Shown: positions 1 to 11,036 of the stretch, one piece after another
Layout: each line of letters opens with the position of its first letter
How positions within the stretch are numbered: position 1 is the first letter of the stretch
Assembly (NCBI GenBank): GCA_016840165.1
Contig: JAEOSU010000031.1
Span: 1-63,998, forward strand
DNA from: Promethearchaeota archaeon
Lineage (GTDB): Archaea; Asgardarchaeota; Lokiarchaeia; Sigyniarchaeales; SOKP01
Direction: 5' to 3'
DNA: 63,998 nt
Notes under the pieces: model-generated
What the model saw: only the letters and a program-made list of their open reading frames with translations
What the model was told of the DNA's origin: nothing
Database searches by the model: none
Made by a program: the position numbers and the translations under genes

Positions 1-30
1 AAATTAATCTTATAACTTAATTAAGATTCG

Positions 31-612
31 GTGTTAAAAATGAGACATAAAGTTAAAGTAATTATAATATCTGTATTCGTAATTGTATCCTTAATTGTTA
101 CTATGACATTTGTATTTAATCTTCATCCAATAGTTCAAATATTTTTGATTATTTCTTTTACAATGGTAGATTTGTTAATTTCTGCATATTATTTAGGGAA
201 AGCTAAATTAACAATCAATGTCAATCAATTTCGAGGGAGTGGAACTCAAAAGGATCCCATAATAATTGAAAAGATTGAAAGTGAGTATCCATTTCCGATG
301 ATAATCGGATTGAAAAAGCATTGCATCATCCAAAATGTCGAAACATCATACCTTGAAATTGAAAAGTCAGAAAATATCTTAGTAAAAGACTCTACATTTG
401 ATGATTTAGTCATAACGGATTCTAATCATATAATTTTGTCTAATATAAAAATACGTGAATATTTAGCCATTCAAAAAACACGAGAATTATCTCTCTTTTC
501 TTCCGAAGTGAATTTATTGCACCTTAAAAGAACCAATTTTATCAAAGTGGATAATTGTTCTATAGTATCTTTAAAGAAAACATTGAGGAACGATAATTTG
601 AGGATAACTTGA
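31..612 (+). CDS. Membrane protein with C-terminal right-handed beta-helix-like repeats
   Basis: Two N-terminal hydrophobic helices, GSGTQKDPIII motif, then periodic I-x-x-S-x-N-I-type repeats. Confidence 0.6.
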   Translation: MLKMRHKVKVIIISVFVIVSLIVTMTFVFNLHPIVQIFLIISFTMVDLLISAYYLGKAKLTINVNQFRGSGTQKDPIIIEKIESEYPFPMIIGLKKHCIIQNVETSYLEIEKSENILVKDSTFDDLVITDSNHIILSNIKIREYLAIQKTRELSLFSSEVNLLHLKRTNFIKVDNCSIVSLKKTLRNDNLRIT

Positions 613-797
613 ATTGGGAACTATTAATACATTCAAAAAAAAGGAGATTAACAATCTCCATAATTTAAGGTTCACATCTAAACTGAAAAATCTTATTATT
701 ATTAGTAATCATATTGAAGATGACTTCGAATTCCTTAATATTGCGTTCTCGATGAATGATCCAAAAGAATGGGATTCTTTATCGAATCTTTAAAAAT

Positions 798-856
798 ATA
801 TATCGGAACAATTATCTCCAAAAAGGAACGTATTGGTACTAGATCAGAAGGTCCGG
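798..856 (+). repeat. Direct repeat copy 1 (59 bp), a duplicate of the 5' part of gene 7601..7900
   Basis: atatatcggaacaattatctccaaaaaggaacgtattggtactagatcagaaggtccgg matches 7624..7682 with 2 mismatches. Confidence 0.95.
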
Positions 857-867
857 CTAAATGATTT

Positions 868-3800
868 TTAACGGGGATTTAAAAAAAAAAGGGATTTAAA
901 AGTATTATATTTAAATTTTTGGAGTTTATTTTTTCTTCTATTTATTACGTTTAGAATTAAGAGACTAATTAAACCGATTAATAGGAAGATACTATATAAA
1001 TGAGTTCCAGAATATCCATTAGTATATATAATTGTTAAGCTTCTATAATTATTAGCTTCGAAATATAAGTTCTGGGAAGTTTCTATTATAGTATTAGTAT
1101 ATTTTAATAGTTCATTGCAGAGTAACCGTAATTCTTTCTGGAAGTTATCGTTAATGACCCATGGACTCTTAAACAATCCATTACCAAATGGGTTTTCATT
1201 TTCATCAGTTTTTAATCCAGTTAATTTAGGTTTAATATCATGTAAAAGTTTATGATAAGCATCTTCAAAAAGGTTCTCTGCTATTAATGCTTTCAAAGCA
1301 TCTAATTTTTTAACCATTGTAGTTCTTTCATTTTTCTTCCACCACCAATCATCAGCACTTTCATAAATACACGCGATTAATTGATCAATCTCCCATATAA
1401 TATATTGCTTCATATCTTCGAATGAAGTGATGAACGTTCCACTAATTAATGAAGATAATGAATCTTCAATTCTATCCTCATCAGCGTCCCAAACTTCAAT
1501 CTCTACATAATGTATACCGAAATCCATGATCCAATAATTAAATATATCAAAGTTATACAAATTTTCTGAGAACTCATCATATGTAATTGTAAATTTATTG
1601 TCAATTCCAATCATTACTTCCTTTACCCCTGATGTATCAAACACTTCAAAGAATATAGATATATCATGGATCGTATCAGATATAATCAAATTTGATAATA
1701 TGGGAGAGTTAATATCATCATCATTTATATAACAAGAAACTAATGGGTGAATTGTGGTTAATTGATCTATATCTCCCAGATCAAGATCTGCATCAATTGC
1801 ATATCCTTCGCAAGTATGTGTTCCTAATTCATTATTAATAGGAATTAGAATTTCTACTGAATTATTAAAATCAAAATCATCTTGGGTAAAATTTAATTGT
1901 TCTCCGTCTATAATAAGAGAAATTTTCTGTATTCCCGATTCATCTTCTGCTATAATTCTCCAAAACCCTGGTACTTCATCTGAGATACAATTAATTGCTT
2001 CGATGGTAAATAATGGAGAATTTAAGTCATCATCGTTTATAGAAATGATTGCTGGCAAATGCTTATAAACGTGCTCAGATTTAATATTAACGATAAATAT
2101 CCTCTTACCTGTATTAATTGGATACAATATTATATTGAACGATTTTGTCTGACCAGGGGTTAAAGTAAAAATATTCTCTTCCAGATAGTATGATGCGATT
2201 CCGATATCAGTACAAGTGATTGTATACTCTTCCTCACTATTCCCTAAATTGGTTATCGTAAACTGATAACTACATGTTTCATTATCGAAAATCGTTATGT
2301 CTGGATTGCTACATTGGAAATCTAACTCGTAAAACTTTGCAACAACGAAGGAACTTTGATAGGTATGGAGAACAATATCATGATATAGATCCTTTAAAGT
2401 AAGATTGAAATAATAGATGCCTGCTATAGTATTATGATTTCTTGGTGGTTTAATTAATAAGCATCGCCTCGTTTCTCCGGGAAGAATTTCAAAACTTAGA
2501 ATTGAGTTTTCAAATTCCTCAGGATAAAGCCCTTCAACAATAAAGTCTTCTGGAATTCCTTCAACAACGAATTGAACGATTTCTGATTTTGTGCCTTGGT
2601 TAGTCACATTAACTAAGCAAACTGTTTCTCCTGGTACTATTTCTTCTATTGGAGTAAAAACGTTCATTGTAACATTAGTATAACCTGGTACACTAAATGG
2701 AACATCTTTTTGATATATTATCGTGTCGTTCAAGTACACTGTCAACTTAAAATAATAAAGTCCCATGATAAGGATCTGATCTGTATCTTGAATAGTTAAG
2801 ATCATATTGGAAGCAAGGTTTTGGAATAATTGAGATGGATTGATTAAAAATCCATTAGGTGGTTCAATTATGATATTAACTTGAGGATTATCGGCTCCTT
2901 TCAAATTTAATTTGAGATCTAAATCTGCCCTTCCTGTTAATGGGTTAACAGTGAATATTTCCTGACCTAAATCAAAATTTATATTAGTTTTAATAGGTAA
3001 TTCACTTCTTAGTTGTTGATATAATACGGCGTCACCTAATTGTTCTAATTTGTCATATATCCAAGATTTTTCAAATACTATTACTCCATTGGATTCTGAG
3101 TAAGAAACCAAGTTTATATATTTTTCTTCTTGATTTTCAAGCGTTTCACGAATAGACTCAGGTATAAGAGTTTCTGCTCGAAAACCTTCATCAAAATATT
3201 TTTCAATAAGATACATGAATTCCTCGTTATCTTGTGTTTGGATTTTAGAATACGTATCATTATATTCTTGTTTTCTTAAATTAATATTTTCTAATTCCGC
3301 AGGAACTATATTTGCCTGTTCCTGGGTTTGAGTAATTATTTCTGTTGCTATATCATAGGCATCTTTATATTGATAGCTATTAATCGATTGATTGAATTTC
3401 TCCTTTAATTTTTCCACATTAATTATTTGTATAGTGTCATCGTAAAACTCCGAAATATTATTATCTAAAACTGGTAATCCGGTTTCAACTATTTCAACCA
3501 AATCTTCGCCTCTAATATAAGTACTTCTTAAAGGTAGGACATGGGGAGGAAAAGGCAAAAAATAAACTCTATTTACATCCATATAAAATTGGTATCTAAA
3601 CTTTAAATTAACAGTCGGAGCAATAATTTCGGTATTGAACTCTTCATTATATAGATCAACTAGTTTCCAATAATTATAGCAATCTTTACCTCCTAAAAGA
3701 CCCCATCTTCCTTTCCAGTTATCATAAGGGCTAACCCAACCTTCTTCACCTTCTAATCGAAATCTTGCCCACGCCCATATAAAATCAGTAGAAACAAATA

Positions 3801-6800
3801 CAATAATAAACTTGAAATTTACCTCATCTCCGACTTCTAAGCTTCCATGTCTTCTGATATTCAACTTCGTTTCATTTGAAAAAGTAATTCTACTGAAAGA
3901 TGCATCATATTCGATGTAATTAAGACCTGCTGTTAACAATTGGCATGCTATGGTTGCGCCTATCATCATTAATCCTATTATTAAACCCCAAATCGTTTCC
4001 CAAAAATGAGCACATAATATTGTTCCAATAAACATACCAACTTGAAAAATTATGTCCAATAGTTGAATTGTAAATTCGGCACTATCTATAAATCGTTTAT
4101 TAATAACTTTTTCTATAAATGTACCAACTTCTATAAGAATTATTATAATACCAATAATTATATTTATTTTAGATAAATATTTAGTAAGTTTTGTTGCCGT
4201 TTCCGCCGTTTTGGCTGCAAAAAAGCGAGTCAATTCATAGATCCCAATAAAAATAGAAATACAATCCACAGCAATATTAAAAATTTCAATTGAGATTTTA
4301 TGTATATATTCTACCGTCATGTCGCTATACCCATTCTTTTGCTTTAATAGTAAGACCATTTCAATAATATCGGTGACAAGTGCAAGAATTGATAACGCTA
4401 TTCTTGCTATATAAATGCCCTTTGCGATCTTTAATTGCATATTTTGTTTACTTATAAGTGCATTAATAGCGTCCTTCGTTTCCAAGGAAGGATGGATTGT
4501 ATCGAGATTAAAGACTAGTTTTCTTGCTGCTAAATTCCAACTTGATAATTTAGCAGTAAATATTATTCTATCAATCTCTTCAGCAAGCTCTTTTAAGGTT
4601 AATTTTTTGATTGATTTAAAAATGAAATCGGTTAAAGAATCTTCAATCAATCTAAGGGCATTAAATTTTTCATCAATACTCATGGAAAAGGATTTTAACG
4701 ATAAATATTCACCACTTTCATCTCTATAGTTATCCAAAATATTGCTAAAACCTTGAAAAAGCTCGTGAAAATCATCTTCTTCATTTGACTGATAGGAAAG
4801 CAGTTCCTGATGCAAGTCTTTTAGATTAAGTCGTAAAGTATTCAAATGATCTTGAAAGATCGATAGTTTTGAAGGATTTGAGTTTAATTTTTCGAAGAAC
4901 AATTTCCCCGACTCAATTTCCCCAGCTCGATTATCAAAAATTAATTTACAGAAATCTCTTTCAGGATCAAAATTTAGATGATAATCATTATTTATCTCTT
5001 CAATATATATTGATTTTTTTAAAATTATGCTCTCATTCAAATTTTGGTCAAGACAATAGGGAATTTCAGTAACTGGAAGTTGTTCACTGACTGCTTCTAT
5101 TATAGTTAAAACTTTAAAATTTGAAAAAGATTCTATTTTAACATCAATAGGCATTCCATATAATAATGAAAAGTTATCAGGGGTATTTTGGTATAATACT
5201 TTATAATCTGCTTGATTTTTCTGCTCAACTGTTTGACTATTATTTTCAGCTTGACTGTATACATAAAAACTAAAGTATCCTTGATAGTCAAAGTTGTTTA
5301 TATGACTTTTTTCATCATTTTTGACAATTATATCATGAAGAATGTCATGAATATCCTGCAACCCACTTGAATAAAATACTATTTGCTCATTTTCAGGTAT
5401 TTTATTATTTGTATAATAATTTTCAACTATGTTCATTAGTTTGGTGCCTATATTAAAATAATCCACTGTACCTTGACTAATAATATCATTCAAAACATTG
5501 TTATCTTGTGAGATGCTCAGGTTTGGGTTTTGGGATAAGAGCCAGAGTGTCTGGCTTTCAATAAAGTCATCCGGAGATCCTACTATATAATTAAAGGAAC
5601 CTGTTTCTCTATGAGTTATTGATTGTAGAATTATGTCTTCTTCGAAATCATAGAAATGCAGAATTTCTGTAGCATTTTCCTTATTCCATGTTATTAACCA
5701 TATAAAGTCAAATCTTAAATCAAGAATTCCATCTTCTTTAGCTAAATGGTTTTTTGGAATGTTGAATTGATATTCGAAAATATTATCCGCTGGTCTAGGG
5801 AAAATAAATGCGGTTTCATTATTGGTTTGTAACCCTTTTGGTAAAGGATCTCCTTCCTTCCCAAAGTTTGATTCTATTAAAGAATAAGTACTTATATTTT
5901 TGCCCCACAATTCAGTTAATTTTATATTTGTCAATTGTTCTATTGGTGATTGATCATCTAATTGAAATTGGTGTCCAAATAATCTTAAAACTGCATAAAT
6001 TGAGACATTAAGTGTATCTCTCCACATTAGTGGCGTATCATATGTAGAATAATCTTTTTCTGGTTTCTTTATTTGAATAGTGATTATTGAATTATTTTCA
6101 TATTTAGTTGGAATTAGAAATTGATGAATTTTATCTTTTTCAAGAATTAATGACGCTTTTGGTGAGGCATCATAATTATCTGGTAAACCATCTTTATCTG
6201 TATCTGCTGTATCTATTCCCAGTTCATTGACATCTTCCTCGATATCTTTTATCCCATCCGCATCACCATCTCTAAGTTCAGAGGGTGTTATAAGCGTAAT
6301 ATTTTTTCCATTAAGCTTAAAGTTAATTCTATTTAAACCAGATTTATATTTATATTGTATATAATGCCATCCCTTATTGGATATGGGGACAGTATATGCA
6401 TCGATTGAGGTATTTGGATAGTTAGCATGAAGAATTATATTGTTCATTAAAGTATTATTACCATCAATTTTAAAATCAATAAATTCTCCATCATAAACTT
6501 CAATTTTCAGACTATGAATATTATCAGATGGAATATAAAAATTGAAAAATCCGTCTTTTAATTCTTCAATAGAGTTCTCGGAAGAATTCCAGTACATATT
6601 ATTATCCCCTTTTTGAAAGAAACCCCAGACATCAGCAATTGTAGGATCTAAATCGAAAAGCAATTCTTTTTGAACCTCTTCAACATCAGATAAGTCATCA
6701 TTATCCCAATCAGAATTAACTATTATTTTGTAATTAACAGTACCATTCCCCTTTAATATTAAATCATGAACTCCTGGCTCAATAGTGATAGAAAATTGAC

Positions 6801-7377
6801 AGTATGCTCCTTTCTCAACGAAATAACTGTAGAGTTGGCTATCAATTTCGGGATAATCTGCTATATCATACACTTTTTTGTGAATATGACCGTCTAATTT
6901 TACAAAAAGCCAATTATACGAGAAATTTGGTTGTAGCAATATTGAAATAGGCCCTCCTGCTTCGAATTGTATGATTGTCTCTTCATCTAAGGAAGTGTCA
7001 ACACTTCCTTCTGATAAAAAAAGAGGTTCAATTGAAAGTGTTTTTATAAAGTATGAAGGGTTTTCCGGTAATATAATACTATGAACTTCAAAATCATCAG
7101 AAAAACAAATTGGAATTATATTTAATCCGTAGCTCAAGAGATACTCCTTTCCATCAAGAGTTAAATTAATAAAGTCAATATTTTCAATTTCAGCCACTAA
7201 ATAGCATTCCCCTTTTCCTATAAATTTGTAATTCAAATTAGCTGGATTTTTTAAAAATAGATATTGTGATGGTATTTCCTCGTTATTTGCTTTCAGGAAC
7301 GGGATTATCTCATTCATCAAGATTATTAATATTATGCTTGCTACCAAAATCTTTAACTTGTTTTTATATTTTTTCAA
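868..7377 (-). CDS. Giant secreted, C-terminally anchored surface protein (Ca-binding DxDxDG motifs, central hydrophobic helices, Ig-like domains)
   Basis: 2169 aa; signal peptide; DWDNDDLSD, DGDADGIKD and DTDKDGLPD motifs; VTNQGTKSE and ITNLGNSEE Ig/CARDB-like motifs; C-terminal TM followed by RRKNK. Confidence 0.75.
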   Translation of the reverse strand: MKKYKNKLKILVASIILIILMNEIIPFLKANNEEIPSQYLFLKNPANLNYKFIGKGECYLVAEIENIDFINLTLDGKEYLLSYGLNIIPICFSDDFEVHSIILPENPSYFIKTLSIEPLFLSEGSVDTSLDEETIIQFEAGGPISILLQPNFSYNWLFVKLDGHIHKKVYDIADYPEIDSQLYSYFVEKGAYCQFSITIEPGVHDLILKGNGTVNYKIIVNSDWDNDDLSDVEEVQKELLFDLDPTIADVWGFFQKGDNNMYWNSSENSIEELKDGFFNFYIPSDNIHSLKIEVYDGEFIDFKIDGNNTLMNNIILHANYPNTSIDAYTVPISNKGWHYIQYKYKSGLNRINFKLNGKNITLITPSELRDGDADGIKDIEEDVNELGIDTADTDKDGLPDNYDASPKASLILEKDKIHQFLIPTKYENNSIITIQIKKPEKDYSTYDTPLMWRDTLNVSIYAVLRLFGHQFQLDDQSPIEQLTNIKLTELWGKNISTYSLIESNFGKEGDPLPKGLQTNNETAFIFPRPADNIFEYQFNIPKNHLAKEDGILDLRFDFIWLITWNKENATEILHFYDFEEDIILQSITHRETGSFNYIVGSPDDFIESQTLWLLSQNPNLSISQDNNVLNDIISQGTVDYFNIGTKLMNIVENYYTNNKIPENEQIVFYSSGLQDIHDILHDIIVKNDEKSHINNFDYQGYFSFYVYSQAENNSQTVEQKNQADYKVLYQNTPDNFSLLYGMPIDVKIESFSNFKVLTIIEAVSEQLPVTEIPYCLDQNLNESIILKKSIYIEEINNDYHLNFDPERDFCKLIFDNRAGEIESGKLFFEKLNSNPSKLSIFQDHLNTLRLNLKDLHQELLSYQSNEEDDFHELFQGFSNILDNYRDESGEYLSLKSFSMSIDEKFNALRLIEDSLTDFIFKSIKKLTLKELAEEIDRIIFTAKLSSWNLAARKLVFNLDTIHPSLETKDAINALISKQNMQLKIAKGIYIARIALSILALVTDIIEMVLLLKQKNGYSDMTVEYIHKISIEIFNIAVDCISIFIGIYELTRFFAAKTAETATKLTKYLSKINIIIGIIIILIEVGTFIEKVINKRFIDSAEFTIQLLDIIFQVGMFIGTILCAHFWETIWGLIIGLMMIGATIACQLLTAGLNYIEYDASFSRITFSNETKLNIRRHGSLEVGDEVNFKFIIVFVSTDFIWAWARFRLEGEEGWVSPYDNWKGRWGLLGGKDCYNYWKLVDLYNEEFNTEIIAPTVNLKFRYQFYMDVNRVYFLPFPPHVLPLRSTYIRGEDLVEIVETGLPVLDNNISEFYDDTIQIINVEKLKEKFNQSINSYQYKDAYDIATEIITQTQEQANIVPAELENINLRKQEYNDTYSKIQTQDNEEFMYLIEKYFDEGFRAETLIPESIRETLENQEEKYINLVSYSESNGVIVFEKSWIYDKLEQLGDAVLYQQLRSELPIKTNINFDLGQEIFTVNPLTGRADLDLKLNLKGADNPQVNIIIEPPNGFLINPSQLFQNLASNMILTIQDTDQILIMGLYYFKLTVYLNDTIIYQKDVPFSVPGYTNVTMNVFTPIEEIVPGETVCLVNVTNQGTKSEIVQFVVEGIPEDFIVEGLYPEEFENSILSFEILPGETRRCLLIKPPRNHNTIAGIYYFNLTLKDLYHDIVLHTYQSSFVVAKFYELDFQCSNPDITIFDNETCSYQFTITNLGNSEEEYTITCTDIGIASYYLEENIFTLTPGQTKSFNIILYPINTGKRIFIVNIKSEHVYKHLPAIISINDDDLNSPLFTIEAINCISDEVPGFWRIIAEDESGIQKISLIIDGEQLNFTQDDFDFNNSVEILIPINNELGTHTCEGYAIDADLDLGDIDQLTTIHPLVSCYINDDDINSPILSNLIISDTIHDISIFFEVFDTSGVKEVMIGIDNKFTITYDEFSENLYNFDIFNYWIMDFGIHYVEIEVWDADEDRIEDSLSSLISGTFITSFEDMKQYIIWEIDQLIACIYESADDWWWKKNERTTMVKKLDALKALIAENLFEDAYHKLLHDIKPKLTGLKTDENENPFGNGLFKSPWVINDNFQKELRLLCNELLKYTNTIIETSQNLYFEANNYRSLTIIYTNGYSGTHLYSIFLLIGLISLLILNVINRRKNKLQKFKYNTFKSLFFLNPR

Positions 7378-7600
7378 TATATTTCCCTTTATTTTTTTTT
7401 TTTTAATTTCAAATTACTATTAGTCCATTCAAATTCAAATTTAGATAAATCTAAATATTGAATTAGAAATTCTATTTTCAATTAAATTTCGCTTAAAAAT
7501 TGTGAATATATGAAAATATTTAACACTTTTGTTAAAATTGATCTCACCTTACCTATTTTGAGGTCAGAAAAATCATAAACTTTTTTCTTAATATTTATCT

Positions 7601-7900
7601 GTGATCTATATGGAATTAAACACATATATCGGAACAATTATTTCCAAAAAGGAACGTACTGGTACTAGATCAGAAGGTCCGGAATATTATATTGATTTAG
7701 TAGTGCCTAATGATTTTGGTCAGACGGAGTTAGCCATTAGAAAAGAGGTCCCCTTATGGCAGGAAGATCCAATTTTACAACCTCATGTTGGACAAAAAGT
7801 TCAGTTGAGAGGAGAGCCAATATATACTAACCATGTTAAATTTGAAGGGACTCTCAAATCAGAAGGAATAATCTATAAAGAAATAAAACCAATCGGTTAA
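7601..7900 (+). CDS. Small hypothetical protein, beta-rich (possibly OB-fold-like)
   Basis: 99-aa ORF, ATG at 7610 is a likely start; VGQKVQLRG pattern. Confidence 0.6.
   Translation: MIYMELNTYIGTIISKKERTGTRSEGPEYYIDLVVPNDFGQTELAIRKEVPLWQEDPILQPHVGQKVQLRGEPIYTNHVKFEGTLKSEGIIYKEIKPIG
7624..7682 (+). repeat. Direct repeat copy 2 (59 bp)
   Basis: 57/59 identical to 798..856. Confidence 0.95.
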
Positions 7901-8072
7901 ATATTCTTGCCAATAACCAAAAAATTAGTTTTTCCTAGGTTTAAAACCTAACTTTATATTAAGAAATGTATAGTCTATACATGCCAAATATTAGAAGACA
8001 AAAGAATGAATGAAACTATTACCACTAGTTTAAACTTTTAAGTAGATAAAAAAAAAATAAGTTATGTTTTGA

Positions 8073-11036
8073 TTATATTTCATAACCAATAAAGATAATA
8101 CCTCGCCCACTCGCAAATGATTGATGTCTATCCTTAAAGATCCAGACGACAATCCTGCTAAAATCGCTTGTACCTGCATAATAATCATAGTAATAACGTA
8201 AATTCTTATATTGGATATTGAATAGGAGTGCTTTATCACCTACTCTAAAATAGATGGTTTTATCATTGATAAAGATAGTCGCTTTTTCACAATTTCGATA
8301 TGTATACCTTCCTATCGCTCCATATCCTTCAAGCATTCTTCGATTTGTTAACCATTCATAAGTTGGTTTGCTTACATCATTTTCGGAATATTCTCCTGAA
8401 TAAACATCTAAATGCCCATAACCCCATAAATATACTCCTGTAAAATCAGGATTAGCAATTCCTGGTCTGAAAGGTCCCCAGTAATTAAGTCCAAAAATTT
8501 CACTAGTGAATGCTAACAAGGGAACATCGATTTCGATAAAATGATCATCGAAATCATAAGTAACATATGGACAATTATCCCAGTTTAAAATTGCACTACT
8601 CTCACGACTTAATCTTGCAGGCCAGTATCTATCAAATGTAGCATCAATATGTATCATTACCAATGGATCACCATAACCGTCAACGATGTTAGTAACCGCC
8701 CCTTTCCCCCATGCGACATAAAGCATATATGCTGCCCATTCAGATATATTATTCCACGGTTCTCCTGTAAGAGGGCTAACTTCGGGAAGTAAAGGTGTGC
8801 CGGGTGGAAATTCTGCAGGGGCACCAGGGTATGCGTCAGCATATTTCATCACAAAAATTGATCCCGGTGTGCCTCCAACTTCACTATACCACATTCCCGT
8901 ATCAATCATTTCTTCTATCTCTTTAGTTAGATTGTAGGAATTAGTCACTATTTCTGGAATCTTTCCCCCCGCTCCTCCATCACGTAAAAGAATCCCTTTT
9001 AAATCTTCTTCCCAGTATATTGATGCATAATTCATTGCAGCACTTCCTCCAAAACTATCACCCGCTATGTAAATTTTCTCAACTCCCGATGTTGCTTTGA
9101 TGAACTCAACAGCCTCTTTTATATCATTTATCCAAATATCCCAGCCCCAATTAGCCATAAATGAAAGATCCTCAGGTTCTAAGTATTGATTAACAAAATG
9201 AGTTCTATAATCTAAAGCATAAACTTCGAAATCTCTATTAGCCAAATAATATGCAAAAGTATGTGATTCATCTTTAGTCCAAGGATCACTAAGAGGATTT
9301 GATGTTAATTGTTCTCCATTACTCCAAGTTCCAGGTAGCATAAAAACGACAGATTTAGGTTCAATACCCTCTTTTACAACTCTATGTAGGCCGATTTTAT
9401 CATAACTACCATAAGGTGATCTAGTTAATTGCCAAATTGATTCCTTTAATTCGGGATAGAGTTTGATATCTCTGTTATTTATTGTATTCACCCATTTTAA
9501 TAGAGCTGCAGGGGTAACATCGAGATCATTAATGATATCAATGAACATCTTAGTTGTGGGTACTAGTTCTTCTTTAGCAACTGTCTCGAGAGTGTCATAT
9601 TGAGTAAATTGTGGAGCATTATGAGAGATATAGTTAATAGTGGGAATACCTAAAGCATGGAATTTTCCCCCCTCTCCTGGAACTGCAAAAGCTCCTGGTA
9701 AGATTGAGGTTCTTTCCATATCATTATTTACTATCGCCTTAGATGCGTAGGAAAATATATACTCATTAGCAGAATAAGTCGGACCCGATACAAACATTCC
9801 CCTTGGGGCAACTTGTCCTGTTTCAAAAAATTCTCCATCGACAACTTTAATTTGTTTTCCAATCATTTCAATATTTATGGCACAAGCAACTTTGGGTAAG
9901 ATGTTAAATGCATAGCAATCATAGCTATCCCAAGATGCTTTTTTACCAAAATGACTACCAAACAAGACAAATAATAAAGTTTTTTCTCTTAAACATTTGG
10001 GAATCTGACCAAAATAATCTGCTAAAGCCATAACAACAGATGCTCCTGAAGCCTCGTTTGTCGCCCAACCATCATGATGAGACAGAATTATTATTACATC
10101 GTCACTTTTTCCTGGTAATGAACCATATACATTATATGTTTCTCCTACTTTCTTCTCTCCAGTTAAAACAATAGTTGCTGTTATTGCTCCTGGTTCTACT
10201 TGAATCTTTGAATCTGCTTCCATTGTTGGGTTCAATAGTTCTTTTAAAATAATGCCATCACTCTTACTTATGGTTAAACCGGGTAAAGACTCATCACCAT
10301 ACCAATGAAGATATTGATTGACATAATCTGCCATAAAATTAATTATTCCAATAAATCCTACAGCACCATATTCACCAGCTAGTTCATATGATGAGTCTAA
10401 ATTAGCTAAAGGCCAGTTCTCCGTAGCCATAGGATCATTTTCAAAGGTGTTGTCAGGATCCCATTCGAATAAGATTAATGGTTCAAGAAGCGCTCTTGGC
10501 CACGGTGCTGCTAAAAGGTCAACAAGGACAATTTTACCTGCGACACCACCATTTGCTTCGGCTTCTTCAAATTCAGCGTCAGATCCTGTACCTAAATAGA
10601 TTATATCGGCTGTGATTCCTTCAGGAGGAGTAAATGCAGTATAACGCAAGAAATAAGACGGTATCGATTTATCTTCGTCACCAGCATGCACAGTCAAGCT
10701 CCATTCCTTTGGAAAACAAAGAGGTGCAGGTACATGTTCAATAAAAGTATCTTGTAATCCTGATTCCTCAAATTTTTGTAGAATATAATTTGCCCCTTCT
10801 AGTTCAGAGGGGGTTCCAGGCATTCGATATCCATATTCCCCAGATGTTCCAATTTCATAGATATCCTCAACCCAACTAAAGATTTCATCTTCGGAAGCTA
10901 CACGTGGTCCATAACATCTTCTACAAGGCGGATAATTTCCCCATGCAACTACAGGATTCGCAATTACAAATATTCCTAAAATTACTAAAGTCGTAACTAA
11001 AAATAAGGTTTGTTTTTTAATTTTCATCTTATTCAT
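8073..11036 (-). CDS. Secreted PA-domain/M28-like peptidase fused to an alpha/beta hydrolase
   Basis: Signal peptide; PA domain (GVAGKIVLV, GAVG); SHHDG and NIEMIG; second half has ALDYR, GDSFGG nucleophile elbow and GHLD. Confidence 0.75.
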   Translation of the reverse strand: MNKMKIKKQTLFLVTTLVILGIFVIANPVVAWGNYPPCRRCYGPRVASEDEIFSWVEDIYEIGTSGEYGYRMPGTPSELEGANYILQKFEESGLQDTFIEHVPAPLCFPKEWSLTVHAGDEDKSIPSYFLRYTAFTPPEGITADIIYLGTGSDAEFEEAEANGGVAGKIVLVDLLAAPWPRALLEPLILFEWDPDNTFENDPMATENWPLANLDSSYELAGEYGAVGFIGIINFMADYVNQYLHWYGDESLPGLTISKSDGIILKELLNPTMEADSKIQVEPGAITATIVLTGEKKVGETYNVYGSLPGKSDDVIIILSHHDGWATNEASGASVVMALADYFGQIPKCLREKTLLFVLFGSHFGKKASWDSYDCYAFNILPKVACAINIEMIGKQIKVVDGEFFETGQVAPRGMFVSGPTYSANEYIFSYASKAIVNNDMERTSILPGAFAVPGEGGKFHALGIPTINYISHNAPQFTQYDTLETVAKEELVPTTKMFIDIINDLDVTPAALLKWVNTINNRDIKLYPELKESIWQLTRSPYGSYDKIGLHRVVKEGIEPKSVVFMLPGTWSNGEQLTSNPLSDPWTKDESHTFAYYLANRDFEVYALDYRTHFVNQYLEPEDLSFMANWGWDIWINDIKEAVEFIKATSGVEKIYIAGDSFGGSAAMNYASIYWEEDLKGILLRDGGAGGKIPEIVTNSYNLTKEIEEMIDTGMWYSEVGGTPGSIFVMKYADAYPGAPAEFPPGTPLLPEVSPLTGEPWNNISEWAAYMLYVAWGKGAVTNIVDGYGDPLVMIHIDATFDRYWPARLSRESSAILNWDNCPYVTYDFDDHFIEIDVPLLAFTSEIFGLNYWGPFRPGIANPDFTGVYLWGYGHLDVYSGEYSENDVSKPTYEWLTNRRMLEGYGAIGRYTYRNCEKATIFINDKTIYFRVGDKALLFNIQYKNLRYYYDYYAGTSDFSRIVVWIFKDRHQSFASGRGIIFIGYEI

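Noticed and set aside
614-793. About 59-codon open frame before the left direct repeat
   Set aside because: Weak TTG start and no recognisable motif; it could be a gene remnant but I cannot support that
868-7600. Calling the repeat-flanked segment a transposon or provirus
   Set aside because: No transposase, integrase, terminal inverted repeats or viral genes seen; reported only as a repeat-flanked cassette
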